DNA from: an uncultured Candidatus Rokubacteria bacterium
Lineage (GTDB): Bacteria > Methylomirabilota > Methylomirabilia > Rokubacteriales > CSP1-6
Direction: 5' to 3'
Length of the DNA: 64,000 bases
Assembly (NCBI GenBank): GCA_963754315.1
Contig: CAVWFS010000008.1
Coordinates: 416,001-480,000 of the forward strand
Made by a program: the position numbers and the translations under genes. The notes under the pieces were generated by a model that was not told where the DNA came from, did no database searches, and saw only the letters and a program-made list of their open reading frames with translations. How positions within the stretch are numbered: position 1 is the stretch's first letter; every line of letters begins with the position of its first letter. Shown here one piece after another: positions 1 through 9,731 of this stretch.

Positions 1-42
1 GCCGTCGCGTCCTATGTCCTCGGCAAGTACGATAACTGCTGA
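1..42 (+). CDS. 3' end of an upstream gene cut by the window edge (…AVASYVLGKYDNC*)
   Basis: Open frame from base 1 to TGA 40-42, with GC3-rich codons, ending 3 nt before the next ATG. Confidence 0.35.
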   Translation, partial: AVASYVLGKYDNC

Positions 43-45
43 ACG

Positions 46-1029
46 ATGAAACAGGCGGTGCTCGAGCGGTACGGGCCACCGGAAGAGGTCGTGCGCTGCG
101 TTGACGTTCCCGACGTGGGTACACCAGGCGCCGGCGAAGTCGTGTTCAACGTCCTCGCCTTTCCGATCAACCCGGCAGACATCTCGATGTGCAAGGGCAG
201 CTATCGTCTGCGGCCGACCTTGCCGGCTACGCCCGGCGCCGAGTGCATCGGGCGCGTCACCGCGGTCGGCCGGGGTGTCACCCACGTCAAGCGCGATGAC
301 CTGGTCATCACCCTGCAACGCGAGAATTGGGCCCAGCAGCGTCGTGTTCCCGGTGACGACGTCATCCCGGTGCCGCCTGGCGTCGACGTGCAGCAGGGCG
401 CCATGCTTCGCATCAACCCAGCCACTGCCCTGCTGCTGCTCGCCGACATCGTCGATCTGAAGCCTGGTGACTGGGTCGTCCAGAACGTTGCCAACTCGGC
501 GGTGGGTCGCCTGGTGATCCGCCTGGCTCGGGCGCGGGGAATCAAGACAATGAACGTCGTGCGGCGCCAGGCGCTCTTCGACGACCTGAGGGCGCTCGGC
601 GCCGACGCCTGCGCTGTCGACGGGCCGGACCTGGCCGAGACCGTCAAGTCCTTGACGGGAGGCACGCCGATCCGTCTTGGGCTCGATGCGGTGTCAGGGC
701 GCGCCACGGCGCGGCTCTCATTGTGCGTGGGGGAGGGTGGCGTGGTGTGCAACTACGGATCGATGAGCGGGGAGGACCCGATGATGGCACGGAGTGCGCT
801 CAGCGGGAACGGTCAGACCTTGGTCGGGTTCATCCTCGGCCGCGCCTTGGCCCGGCGCTCGCTCCCGCAGATCCGGGCCATCTACGCCGATCTCGGCGAG
901 CAGATCCTGAACGGCACGTTGTCCGCTCCCATCGAGAAGGTCTACCCGATCGAGGAGATCAAGGCCGCTCTCACCCACGCCCAGCGTGGCGAACGCAGCG
1001 GCAAGATCCTGGTGATGCCCCATGCGTAA
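46..1029 (+). CDS. MDR-family oxidoreductase, 2-enoyl-thioester reductase (Etr1/MECR-like)
   Basis: PINPAD, PATPGAECIG, INPATA, QNVANSAVG and VCNYGSMS motifs; no catalytic-Zn GHE motif. Confidence 0.85.
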   Translation: MKQAVLERYGPPEEVVRCVDVPDVGTPGAGEVVFNVLAFPINPADISMCKGSYRLRPTLPATPGAECIGRVTAVGRGVTHVKRDDLVITLQRENWAQQRRVPGDDVIPVPPGVDVQQGAMLRINPATALLLLADIVDLKPGDWVVQNVANSAVGRLVIRLARARGIKTMNVVRRQALFDDLRALGADACAVDGPDLAETVKSLTGGTPIRLGLDAVSGRATARLSLCVGEGGVVCNYGSMSGEDPMMARSALSGNGQTLVGFILGRALARRSLPQIRAIYADLGEQILNGTLSAPIEKVYPIEEIKAALTHAQRGERSGKILVMPHA

Positions 1030-2650
1030 GGACACCCTCAAGCCCAGGGAGATCGCCGCTGCCACCCTCGCCCAGCTCCTGGAGACGGCCTCGGCGCTGG
1101 CGCTGATCGACGTGCGCGAGCATGGCGAGTACAACCTCGCTCACATTCCCGGCGCCAGCTCCGTGCCGCGCCGGCAGCTTGAGACCCGCATGGCTCGCCT
1201 CGTCCCGTTCCGCGGGGTGCAGGTGGTCGTCTGCGACGATACCGGTCGTCGCGCGGCGCTGGCGGCCGACACAGTGACGCGGATGGGCTACAGCCGGGTC
1301 GCGGTGCTGGAGGGCGGCGTCAATCGTTGGGCCAGCCACAATCTGCCCACCGAGTGGGGCATGAACGTGCCCAGCAAGGACTTCGGCGAGAAGGTCGAGG
1401 TGCAGTACCACGTGCCGACCATCGACGCCGACGAGCTCGCCCGCCGTCAAGGTCGGGGCGACGATCTGATCATCCTCGACACGCGCACGCCGGAGGAGTA
1501 CCAGCGCTTCTGCATCCCCGGGGGGCGCAGCGTGCCGGGTGGCGAGCTGGCGCTGAGGATTCACGACCTCCGGCGCGAACGCCCGCACGCGACGGTGGTG
1601 GTTAACTGCGCCGGACGCACGCGCAGTATCATCGGGGCTCGGGTGCTCCAGCGGATGCAGCTGCCCAACGTCGTCAGCCTCCGCAATGGCACCTCTGGCT
1701 GGCTGCTGGCGGGGCTCGAGCTGGAACGTGGCGCAAACCGCGTGGACCTGCCCAGCCCCTCCGCGGAGGGGCGCGCGGCGGCCGAGGCCTACGCGGCCGG
1801 CGTCGCCGCTGAGGACGGCGTGCGGATGCTGGCTGTCGACGAGCTGCAAGTGCTTCTGGCACGGGCCAGCACCGAGACGGTGTATCTGATCGACGTGCGC
1901 ACGCGCGATGAATACACGGCTGGCCACATTCCCGGCTTCTGGTGGGTTCCCGGAGGTCAGGCGGTGCAGCGGGCCGATGATACGGCGGCCGTGCGCAACG
2001 GCAGTGTCGTCTTCTGCTGCGATGGTACGGTGCGGGCGGCGGTGACAGCCTCCTGGTACCGCCAGATGGATTTTCCCAACGTCTTCGCCATTGCCGGCGG
2101 TACGACGGCCTGGAAAGCGGCGGGCCTTCGGCTGGCGACAGGGGCCGACGAGCCCGTGGAACCACTGGTAACCCAGGCCAAAGCGCGCGTGAGACAGGTC
2201 TCGCCAGACGAGCTGGCCGCGGCCCTGGCATCGGCGCGGCCACCTGTAATCTTGCACGTCGATCCGAGCGACCGCTTCGCTGCCGGCCATGTCCCCGGTT
2301 CGCGATGGCTCCCGCGCGGCTGGCTGGAACTCAAGGTCGGTGAGGTCGTGAGCGACACCGTCGCGCCGGTCGTGGTCACCGACGAGGATGGCGACAATGC
2401 TTCGCTGAGCGCGGCGACGTTGCTCGACCTGGGATATCGCGAGGTAGCCGCCTTGGACGGAGGTACGCAGGCGTGGCGCCAGCAGGGTCGACCGCTGGAG
2501 CACGGTCTGACCGGCCTGGTTCGTCCCCCGGACGATGTCGTGCCCGCCGGCCCCGATCGCAGTTTCGCCGACATGATCAACTATCTGCGCTGGGAGGAGC
2601 GGCTCGGGCACAAGTACGCGCCCCCCGGCGAAGGTTCCCGCCCGGGGTAG
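1022..2650 (+). CDS. Multi-domain (four-repeat) rhodanese-related sulfurtransferase
   Basis: Repeated DVRE..EY..AHIPG, DTRTPEEY..CIPG, DVRT.DEY.AGHIPG and AGHVPG units; NCAGRTRS active-loop motif; overlaps the upstream stop. Confidence 0.88.
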   Translation: MRKDTLKPREIAAATLAQLLETASALALIDVREHGEYNLAHIPGASSVPRRQLETRMARLVPFRGVQVVVCDDTGRRAALAADTVTRMGYSRVAVLEGGVNRWASHNLPTEWGMNVPSKDFGEKVEVQYHVPTIDADELARRQGRGDDLIILDTRTPEEYQRFCIPGGRSVPGGELALRIHDLRRERPHATVVVNCAGRTRSIIGARVLQRMQLPNVVSLRNGTSGWLLAGLELERGANRVDLPSPSAEGRAAAEAYAAGVAAEDGVRMLAVDELQVLLARASTETVYLIDVRTRDEYTAGHIPGFWWVPGGQAVQRADDTAAVRNGSVVFCCDGTVRAAVTASWYRQMDFPNVFAIAGGTTAWKAAGLRLATGADEPVEPLVTQAKARVRQVSPDELAAALASARPPVILHVDPSDRFAAGHVPGSRWLPRGWLELKVGEVVSDTVAPVVVTDEDGDNASLSAATLLDLGYREVAALDGGTQAWRQQGRPLEHGLTGLVRPPDDVVPAGPDRSFADMINYLRWEERLGHKYAPPGEGSRPG

Positions 2651-2670
2651 CGTCCGCTACGACGAACGTC

Positions 2671-3549
2671 CTACTCAGGACCGACCAAACCGATGTAGAC
2701 GCCGCATGCGTGCTCGGGAGGCACCAGCATCGCCTGCTCGCCGGTGTTGCGGACACCTCGGGCCGGCGGCGGCACCGCATGGTCCTGCATCCAGCGGGCC
2801 GCCGCCGCCATACCGGTCGTACGATAGAGCACCTGGAACGGTCCGGGTCCGCGGCGAGCGATGGCGTCGGCAGCGGGACCGGGCGCATAGGGCTGCGCGA
2901 TGCTCAGACCGGTCGGCCCCAGGTCGAAGACGGCCATATCGGCCATGATGACTGTCCCTCGCTGGATCCGGGGCACCGGCGTTCCGAGCACCCGCGCATA
3001 GGTCTCGGCGTCGGCGCGCACGTCGGTGGTCGCAACGTAGACGCGGTCGATTCTCTGCACTCCGTTGGGATGGTTTCCTACCGTCGGCACCTGTCGCCGT
3101 CTCGCCTCGCGCGAGCTCAGGTGCTGGATGAAGACGATGGGGAGCGGATGCCGGCCCCTGAGCGCGGCAACGCGCCACGAGAGCTCCACGCCGTTCGCCG
3201 TCCGGCGACTGCCTTCGATCCCGTCGCCCACGTCCACCCCGCGACTCCTCATCGCCTCCACGTCCGCCGCCAGATCGTCACTGGCCACGACCACGTACCG
3301 CAGGCCACCTCCCGCGGCGATGAAGTCGATGAGACCCCCGGTGGCCCCAGCCGCCGCCCGGTACTGGTCGGGGTCGCGCACGCTCAGCAGTTCCAGATAG
3401 TCGTCCTCGTTGAGGCTGATCGCGTTGTGCGTGCCCCGCCCGGGATGCACACCGCCCGGGTAGACATTGAAGCCGAGCCTCGTGTAGGTCTCGATACCCG
3501 TGTCGAGGTCGGGCACCCCAATCACGACGTGGTCAATTCGCGTGAGCAT
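2671..3549 (-). CDS. VOC/glyoxalase-like domain protein (two domains)
   Basis: MLTRIDHVVIGV, GGVHPGRGTHNA, YLELL, HPNGV motifs; start re-assigned to ATG 3549. Confidence 0.85.
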   Translation of the reverse strand: MLTRIDHVVIGVPDLDTGIETYTRLGFNVYPGGVHPGRGTHNAISLNEDDYLELLSVRDPDQYRAAAGATGGLIDFIAAGGGLRYVVVASDDLAADVEAMRSRGVDVGDGIEGSRRTANGVELSWRVAALRGRHPLPIVFIQHLSSREARRRQVPTVGNHPNGVQRIDRVYVATTDVRADAETYARVLGTPVPRIQRGTVIMADMAVFDLGPTGLSIAQPYAPGPAADAIARRGPGPFQVLYRTTGMAAAARWMQDHAVPPPARGVRNTGEQAMLVPPEHACGVYIGLVGPE

Positions 3550-3611
3550 GGTCCATCCAGTGTGCCAGAGGTGCGCGGCCTCTGTCTTGAAATCAATACA
3601 CCAAGATTGGG

Positions 3612-3641
3612 TTGTTCCATACACCATTGCGGTTCTATACT
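3612..3641 (+). promoter_or_regulatory. Putative sigma70 promoter of vapBC
   Basis: TTGTTC (3612-3617), 18 nt spacer, TATACT (3636-3641) in an AT-rich intergenic segment; ATACACCA direct repeats at 3596 and 3619. Confidence 0.45.
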
Positions 3642-3675
3642 TGACATCGTCGACGTCGCGCCCGGAGGCCGTGCC

Positions 3676-3876
3676 GTGGGGAGGACCAACATCGTTCTTG
3701 ACGATCGCCTCGTGCGGGAAGGTCTGCGCAGATTCCGATGTCGCTCGAAGCGCGAGCTCGTTCATCTGGCCCTCTCCGAGTTGCTCAAGCGTGCGCGCCG
3801 GCGTGATCTTCTGTCGCTGCGCGGTCAGGTGACGTGGGAGGGGGACCTCACCGAGCTGCGACGTCTCCGCCCGTGA
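3676..3876 (+). CDS. vapB: Type II TA antitoxin, VapB family
   Basis: GTG start after GGAGG; RTNIVLDDRLV…SKRELVHLAL..L…LLSLRGQV.WEGDL pattern; stop overlaps the toxin start (GTGA). Confidence 0.85.
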   Translation: MGRTNIVLDDRLVREGLRRFRCRSKRELVHLALSELLKRARRRDLLSLRGQVTWEGDLTELRRLRP

Positions 3877-4274
3877 TCGTCGTCGATACGACGATCTGGA
3901 TCGACTTCCTTGAGGCTCGAGGCACCGCCTTCGACCGTCACCTCACGGAGCTTGTGGAAGCGGACGCTCCGATTACCCTCATCGACATCGTGTATTGCGA
4001 GGTGCTGCAGGGGATTCGGAACGATGACGTCTATCAACGAATTCGAGCCAGCCTGCTCGCTCACCCGATCTTGCGTCCGCGAGGTCTCCAGACGTTCGAG
4101 ACGGCCGCCAACCTGTATCGGTCGGCACGGCGCCGAGGGTTCACCATCAGACGCAGCGTGGACTGCCTCATCGCCGCCACGTGCCTCGAGAATGATGCAG
4201 AGATCTATCACAACGACCGCGACTTTGACACTCTCGCCAGGGTATCGACCCTGATGGTCTATCGCCAGCCCTGA
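3873..4274 (+). CDS. vapC: PIN-domain toxin, VapC family
   Basis: IVVDTTIWIDF, EVLQG, SVDCLIAA, HNDRDF acidic PIN motifs. Confidence 0.9.
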   Translation: MIVVDTTIWIDFLEARGTAFDRHLTELVEADAPITLIDIVYCEVLQGIRNDDVYQRIRASLLAHPILRPRGLQTFETAANLYRSARRRGFTIRRSVDCLIAATCLENDAEIYHNDRDFDTLARVSTLMVYRQP

Positions 4275-4484
4275 CCGAGAGCTAACGAATGTTCGCCCCT
4301 GCAGGCGGTCGCCGGGCAGATCAAGAGAGGCGGCCGGGGCGCCGATCTTCAACAATGGTCATTGATTACCGATTACCGGACAGACCAGGGCATTTACTGG
4401 ACTCTCACCACTTTCGAGCCGCGCCACCGTGCCGACCGGTCCCACCGAAGGGTGGCACATGCGCAGAGACGGCCTCATAAACCA

Positions 4485-4513
4485 TTGACAGGTGGTGGCG
4501 CGCTGTCTAGACT
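4485..4513 (+). promoter_or_regulatory. sigma70-type promoter for the TRAP operon
   Basis: TTGACA (4485-4490), 17 nt spacer, TAGACT (4508-4513); 57 nt upstream of the dctP ATG, which has an AGGAGGAG RBS. Confidence 0.7.
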
Positions 4514-4570
4514 CGGCCAGCTTCTTGCCAAGAGTGGAGCACGACGACGGCGATCCAAAGGAGGAGCGCT

Positions 4571-5707
4571 ATGCGCAGGATGATATCCACGAGAACAGCA
4601 ATTGCCCTGGCCCTCATTGTCGGGTTGCTGGCGTACCTGGCGGGTTCGTACGGCGCGCCCGCCCCCGCCACGGCCCAGACGCCAATCCGGTGGAAGGTGC
4701 AGAGCGCGTGGCCGCCGACGTCCATCGTCCAGGACGCAGCCAAGTTGCTGGTGGAGACGATCGAGAAGAATTCCGGAGGTCGGTTCAAGCTGGAGCTGTC
4801 GCCGGCGGGCGCCATCGTCCCGCCCTTCGAGATCCAGGACGCCGTGAACCGGGGCGTTATCGACGCGGGCCATACCACCCCTGGGTACATCATCGGCAAG
4901 CTGAAGGCCTTCGTTCCCCTGACCCACGGTCCCCTGTTCGGCATGGACTTCATCGACTACTACGGCTGGTACTGGGAGGGCGGCGGCCACGAGCTGCTTC
5001 AGGAGGCCTACCAGCAGAAGCTGAAGATGAACGTGGTCAGCTTCCAGGTCCATCCGGAAGGACCGCAGGCGATGGGCTGGTTCAAGAAAGAAATCCGGTC
5101 CTTCAACGACATCAAGGGCCAGCGGTATCGCATCTACGCGCGTGGGTGCCGAGGTCTACAACAAGCTCGGCATCCCGGCCGTGGTGCTCGCCGGCGGCGA
5201 GATCGTGCCGGCCCTGGAACGGGGGGCGATCGACGGCGCCGAGTGGATCAACTGCTACGACGACAAGGTCCTCGGCATCGACAAGGTGGCCAAGTTCCAC
5301 TACGCCCCGGGGATGCACGAGCCCACCACGGTGGGCGAGTTCATCATCAACAAGGGGAAGTGGGACGCGCTGCCGGCCGACCTGAAGGAGATCGTCAAAG
5401 TCTCCGTCCAGGCCTCGTACTGGAACCACTTCGTCCGGTTCCAGGAGAAGACGGCCAAGGCCTGTCAGGAACTGCTCGCGTCGGGCGTCAAGATCATCAA
5501 GACGACCGGACGAGCTGAACCGGGCGCTTCCTGAAGGCGTACGACGAGGTCTGGCAGGCGGATGCCGCCAAGGACGACTTCTACCGGAAGGTAATCGACT
5601 CGCAGAAGAAGTACTCCAGCCTGCTGGTGCCGTACCGCATGTCGTACTGGCCGAACTACAACTTCATCGGAGAGCACTACTACAAGGACAAGATCTGGCT
5701 GAAGTAG
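4571..5707 (+). CDS. dctP: TRAP solute-binding protein (TakP-like), frameshifted near 5140 and 5505-5530
   Basis: Signal peptide, WKVQSAWP, SGGRFKLE, DAVNRGVIDA, GWFKKEI; continues in a second frame as GGEIVPALERGAIDGAEW and in a third to …KIWLK* at 5707. Confidence 0.88.
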
Positions 5708-5726
5708 CCGACCAGTGAGCCTGGAC

Positions 5727-5764
5727 CCCGGACGGCGGGCCGGTCCGCGGCCTCGCCGTCCGGG
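5727..5764 (+). repeat. GC-rich stem-loop between dctP and dctQ
   Basis: CCCGGACGGCG (5727-5737) and CGCCGTCCGGG (5754-5764) form a perfect 11-bp inverted repeat; no U-tract. Confidence 0.65.
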
Positions 5765-5851
5765 CGTTGGACGGACCGCTCCGCCGACCCACGGACCCAC
5801 TCTTTCCTAGAGCTCGGCGCTCGAATGACGCGAACAGAACGGAGGAGCCAT

Positions 5852-6435
5852 GTGGCGACGGCTGCCCCAGTAGAACCCAACCATCGCGATGCGTCGCCGG
5901 CCTTCCGGACCACGGTCGAGCTCATCGACCGCTTCGCGAGCTACACCGGACGGCCCATCGCATGGCTCATCATCCCCATGACCATCGCCGTCACGTGGGA
6001 GGTCGTGGCCCGCCACTTCTTCCGCGCGCCCACCATCTGGGCCTACGACGTCGTCTACATGCTCTACGGCACGCACTTCATGCTGGGGACCGCCTACACC
6101 CTGATGCGGATCGGGCACGTGCGCACCGACATGCTCTATTCGCGCTGGTCCATCCGCCGCCAGAACAGGATCGACGCGATCGGGTACTTCTTCTTCTTCT
6201 TCCCGGCGATGATCCTCCTGTTCTACTTCGGCTGGCAGGAGGCCTATCATGCGTTCCAGATCGGCGAGACCTCGGACGCGAGCCCCTGGCGGCCGATCGT
6301 GTGGCCGTTCAAGTTCGTGATCCCCCTCACCGCGCTCTCCTGCTCATCCAGGGCATCGCGGAGCTCCTCAAGAGCATCTACGCCATTCGAACGGGCCGCG
6401 AGTGGGTCCATCGTGAGCACCTGGAGATCGGATGA
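5852..6435 (+). CDS. dctQ: TRAP small permease, frameshifted near 6340
   Basis: EVVARHFFRAPTIWAYD, GHVRTD and four TM segments; C-terminus LLLIQGIAELLK… lies in another frame. Confidence 0.85.
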
Positions 6436-7751
6436 GCCCCGAACTGCTCGGCGGCATCATGCTGGTGATCATGCTGGGGGCCATCTTCATCGGCTTCCCG
6501 ATCTCGTTCACCTTGCTCCTCCTCGCGCTGATCTTCGGCTGGGTCGGGCTCGGGGACCGGGCCTTTTACATCATGGTGTTCCAGACCATCGGGATGATGA
6601 AGGAGGAGGTGCTGGCCGCGGTGCCCTTATTCATCTTCATGGGCTATCTGATGGAGCAGGGCGGCCTCATGGAGCGCCTGTTCAAGGGCTTCCAGCTCAT
6701 GATGGGGCCGGTGCCCGGCTCGCTCTACGTGGGCGTGCTGATCACCGCCACCATCTTCGGCATCGCCGCCGGCACGGTGGGGGCAACGGTGGTGCTGATG
6801 GGCATCATGGCCGTGCCCATCATGAGCAAGGCCGGCTACGACATCAAGATGTCCGCCGGCGCCATCACCGCGGGCGGCACCTTGGGCATCCTGGTCCCTC
6901 CGAGCGTCATGCTGGTCGTGATGGGGCCGGTCATGGGCGTCTCCGTCGCCGAACTCTACGCCTCGTGCTTCGGTCCCGGATTCCTCCTGGCCGGTATCTT
7001 CATCGTCTACTGCCTCGTCCGCAGCCTCATCAACCCGAAGCTCGGACCGCCCCTGCCGCCCGAGGAGCGAAGCGGGAGCATCAAGGAGATCGTCATCGAG
7101 CTGACGATGGGGATGCTGCCGCATGCCATCCTCATCATCGCCACCCTCGGGACCATCATCTGGGGATGGGCCACGCCTACCGAGGCGGCGGCCATGGGCG
7201 TCGTCGGCGCCGCCTTCCTCGCCGTGATCTACCGGCAGTTCACGTGGCAGCGGCTCAAGGACGCGGTCTACAACACCTTGCTCCAGTCCAGCACCGTCAT
7301 CTTCCTCGCCGTCTGCGGCAACGTGTTCGGCGCGGTGTTCTCGCGGCTGGGGACGGCCAAGGTGGCCACCGACGCCCTGCTCGCCTGGCAGATCCCGCCG
7401 GTGGCGATGCTGGCCTTGATCATGGTGGTCATCTTCCTGCTCGGCTGGCCCTTCGAGTGGCCGGCCATCATCCTGGTCTTCGTGCCGCTGATGCAGCCGG
7501 TCATCGCGGCGCTGAAGATCGACATGATCTGGTTCGCCACCCTCATCGCGATCAATCTCCAGACCGCCTTCCTCTCGCCGCCGGTGGCCATGTCGGCGTA
7601 CTATCTCAAGGGCGTGGCGCCCCAGTGGTCCCTCGGGGACATCTACCGGGGCATGGCGCAGTTCATGGTCCTGCAGCTCATCGGCCTCGCCCTCTGCATC
7701 ATCTTCCCCGAGATCGCGCTCTGGTTCCCGCGCTATCTGTTCGGCAAGTAA
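6432..7751 (+). CDS. dctM: TRAP large permease
   Basis: AVPLFIFMG, GGTLGILVPPS, TPTEAAA, LSPPVA motifs. Confidence 0.93.
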   Translation: MSPELLGGIMLVIMLGAIFIGFPISFTLLLLALIFGWVGLGDRAFYIMVFQTIGMMKEEVLAAVPLFIFMGYLMEQGGLMERLFKGFQLMMGPVPGSLYVGVLITATIFGIAAGTVGATVVLMGIMAVPIMSKAGYDIKMSAGAITAGGTLGILVPPSVMLVVMGPVMGVSVAELYASCFGPGFLLAGIFIVYCLVRSLINPKLGPPLPPEERSGSIKEIVIELTMGMLPHAILIIATLGTIIWGWATPTEAAAMGVVGAAFLAVIYRQFTWQRLKDAVYNTLLQSSTVIFLAVCGNVFGAVFSRLGTAKVATDALLAWQIPPVAMLALIMVVIFLLGWPFEWPAIILVFVPLMQPVIAALKIDMIWFATLIAINLQTAFLSPPVAMSAYYLKGVAPQWSLGDIYRGMAQFMVLQLIGLALCIIFPEIALWFPRYLFGK

Positions 7752-7772
7752 CCCCGTGACGGAGGAGGAGCC

Positions 7773-8900
7773 ATGAAGCCCAGGAACATCGTCATCGCCT
7801 GGTTCGCTTTCGCTCTGCCCGTGCTGATCCTTGCCGGCGTACTCTGGCGCGGTCCCGGCGACGCCGCCGCGCAGCAGAAGATCGTCTGGAAGGTGCAGAG
7901 CACCTGGCCGGCCACCAACCTGCTCCACATCTCCGCCCTCGAGCTGGCCAAGATGGTGGAGGAGATGTCGGGCGGCCGCCTCAAGTGGGAGATGTCGGCG
8001 GCCGGCACCGTGGTCCCGGCCTTCGAGGTGCTCGACGCCGTCAACCGCGGGATCATCGACGCCTCGCACGCCTGGCCGGGCTACTGGGCGGGCAAGAACT
8101 CCGCGGCCGGCCTCTTCGCGCCCGGTCCCGGCGGGCCGTTCGGTATGGACCGCGAGGAGTACCTCGGCTGGCTCTTCGCCGGTGGCGGGCTCGAGCTCTA
8201 CAACGAGCTGCTGCAGAAAGAGCTCAAGATGAACGTGGTGGTGCCGGTCTTCACCACCAGCCTGCCGTACTGGGAGCCGCTCGGCTGGTTCAAGAAGCCG
8301 TTCAATAACCTCGACGACCTGCGCAAGATGCGGTTCCGCACCTCCGGCCTCGGCATGGAGATGATGAAGGGCATGGGCGTTTCGGTGGTGACGCTCGCCG
8401 GCGGCGAGGTCATCCCCGCGCTCGAGCGGGGGGCGATCGAGGGCGCCGAGTGGGCGATCCCCAGCCACGATATCCTGATGGGCTTCCAGAACGTCACCAA
8501 GAACTACTACATGCCCGACCTGCGCCAGCCCGCCTCCTACCAGGAGGTGCTGATCAACAAGGCGAAATGGGACGCGCTGCCGAAGGACCTCCAGGCGATC
8601 GTGAAGTGGGCGGGCATGGCCGAGATCATCCGCATGACCGCGTACAGCGTGGATCAGGACAGCAAGGCCATCCAGGAGCTCGAGAACAAGCACGGGGTGA
8701 AGGTTCTCAAGACGCCGGACGACGTCCTCAAGGCCCAGCTCCCGGCCATCGACAAGGTCTACGAGGCGGAGGCCCAGAAGAACCCGTTCTTCGCCAAAGT
8801 GCTCAAGTCGCAGAAGGAATTCGCCCAGCGCGCCGTCCCCCACGCGCAGAAGATCCGGCCGCCTATCGAGGTGGTCGTGGCGCACTACTGGAAGAAGTAG
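7773..8900 (+). CDS. dctP: Second TRAP solute-binding protein (TakP-like)
   Basis: WKVQSTWP, SGGRLK, DAVNRGIIDA, GGEVIPALERGAIEGAEW; GGAGGAGG RBS. Confidence 0.92.
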   Translation: MKPRNIVIAWFAFALPVLILAGVLWRGPGDAAAQQKIVWKVQSTWPATNLLHISALELAKMVEEMSGGRLKWEMSAAGTVVPAFEVLDAVNRGIIDASHAWPGYWAGKNSAAGLFAPGPGGPFGMDREEYLGWLFAGGGLELYNELLQKELKMNVVVPVFTTSLPYWEPLGWFKKPFNNLDDLRKMRFRTSGLGMEMMKGMGVSVVTLAGGEVIPALERGAIEGAEWAIPSHDILMGFQNVTKNYYMPDLRQPASYQEVLINKAKWDALPKDLQAIVKWAGMAEIIRMTAYSVDQDSKAIQELENKHGVKVLKTPDDVLKAQLPAIDKVYEAEAQKNPFFAKVLKSQKEFAQRAVPHAQKIRPPIEVVVAHYWKK

Positions 8901-8918
8901 ACGGGCGCGCCGCCGGAC

Positions 8919-8969
8919 CTCGTGCTAGCGTCTTGTGCTAGCGTTGCTAGCGCGATACGCTAGCACGAG
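8919..8969. promoter_or_regulatory. Palindromic operator upstream of the FitA-like antitoxin
   Basis: Perfect 13-bp inverted repeat CTCGTGCTAGCGT / ACGCTAGCACGAG; four GCTAGC boxes at 8924, 8937, 8946 and 8959. Confidence 0.7.
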
Positions 8970-8970
8970 C

Positions 8971-9198
8971 ATGGCGACGATCATTGTCCGCAACCTCGAT
9001 GAGGAGGTGGCCGCGCGCCTGCGGTTGCAGGCTCGTCTGCGCGGTGTGTCGGTGGAACAGGAGGTGCGGCGGCTCCTCGCTGAGGGTACGCAACCAAGCC
9101 GTGCCGAGATTGCAGCACGGGCCGCCGTGATCCGGGCGCGGCAGCGCCCTGGCCGGTCTCGTGGTGTGGATCTGATCAGAGACGATCGAGAGCGGTGA
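8971..9198 (+). CDS. FitA-like ribbon-helix-helix antitoxin
   Basis: MATIIVRNLDEEV..RL..QA..GVSVEQEVRRLL…VDLIRDDRER pattern. Confidence 0.85.
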   Translation: MATIIVRNLDEEVAARLRLQARLRGVSVEQEVRRLLAEGTQPSRAEIAARAAVIRARQRPGRSRGVDLIRDDRER

Positions 9199-9704
9199 CA
9201 CCACGCCCGTCTTCTCGTGGCCGCGCCCCGCGGGTCCGCGAGCGCGTGATCCGGTACACCGCTTCCACGACGGCCCGGTCGTGGTGGATGCCTCGATCGC
9301 CTTTCTGTGGTTCGCGAACGAGCCTAACGGGTGGGGGGCCGAGCAGCTGCTGGAGGCCGAGTCGGCGCTGCTCGCGCCCGACCTGATGGCAGCCGAGGTC
9401 AGCAATGCGTGGTGGAAGAAGCGCCGGCGTCGCGAGATGGAGCTGAGCCGACGTGGAGCAGGCCGTGACGAACCTCCTCGCGGTGGGGATTGTCTGGACG
9501 CCTTCGACGGTACTGCTGCGGCCGGCGACCCGGCTGGCCGCCGAGATCGGTCACCCAGTCTACGATTGCCTCTATCTGACACTGGCCGCGTCGCACGCCG
9601 CGCCGCTGGCGACCGCGGATGACCGCCTGAGGCTGGCCGCCGAGCGAGTCGGCATCCGACTGATGGAGCGGTACTGGATCGGCGCCCCGATGACACGTGC
9701 GTGA
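9195..9704 (+). CDS. PIN-domain toxin (VapC-like), frameshifted near 9275 and 9447
   Basis: VVDASIAFLWF, APDLMAAEVSNAWWKK in one frame; HPVYDCLYLTLA…LATADDRL in another. Confidence 0.8.
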
Positions 9705-9731
9705 GGGCCCGATGAAAGGGCCACGCGGCTG

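Noticed and set aside
1..48. TGC-TGA in frame with the next ATG, a possible Cys-Sec read-through
   Set aside because: The downstream MDR gene is complete from its own ATG, no convincing SECIS-like hairpin was seen, and the upstream context is outside the window
4278..4430. Possible attC or small ORF after vapC (GCTAAC…CCTGCAG; GATTACC tandem)
   Set aside because: No matching GTT box or paired arms found, and the short ORFs have no RBS or motifs
5825..8885. Long alternative-frame and antisense ORFs (5825..7759, 6627..8885; likewise 971..2611, 29468..31384, 54612..55829)
   Set aside because: Shadow ORFs expected in high-GC coding DNA; they overlap well-supported genes and carry no motifs of their own beyond frameshifted pieces
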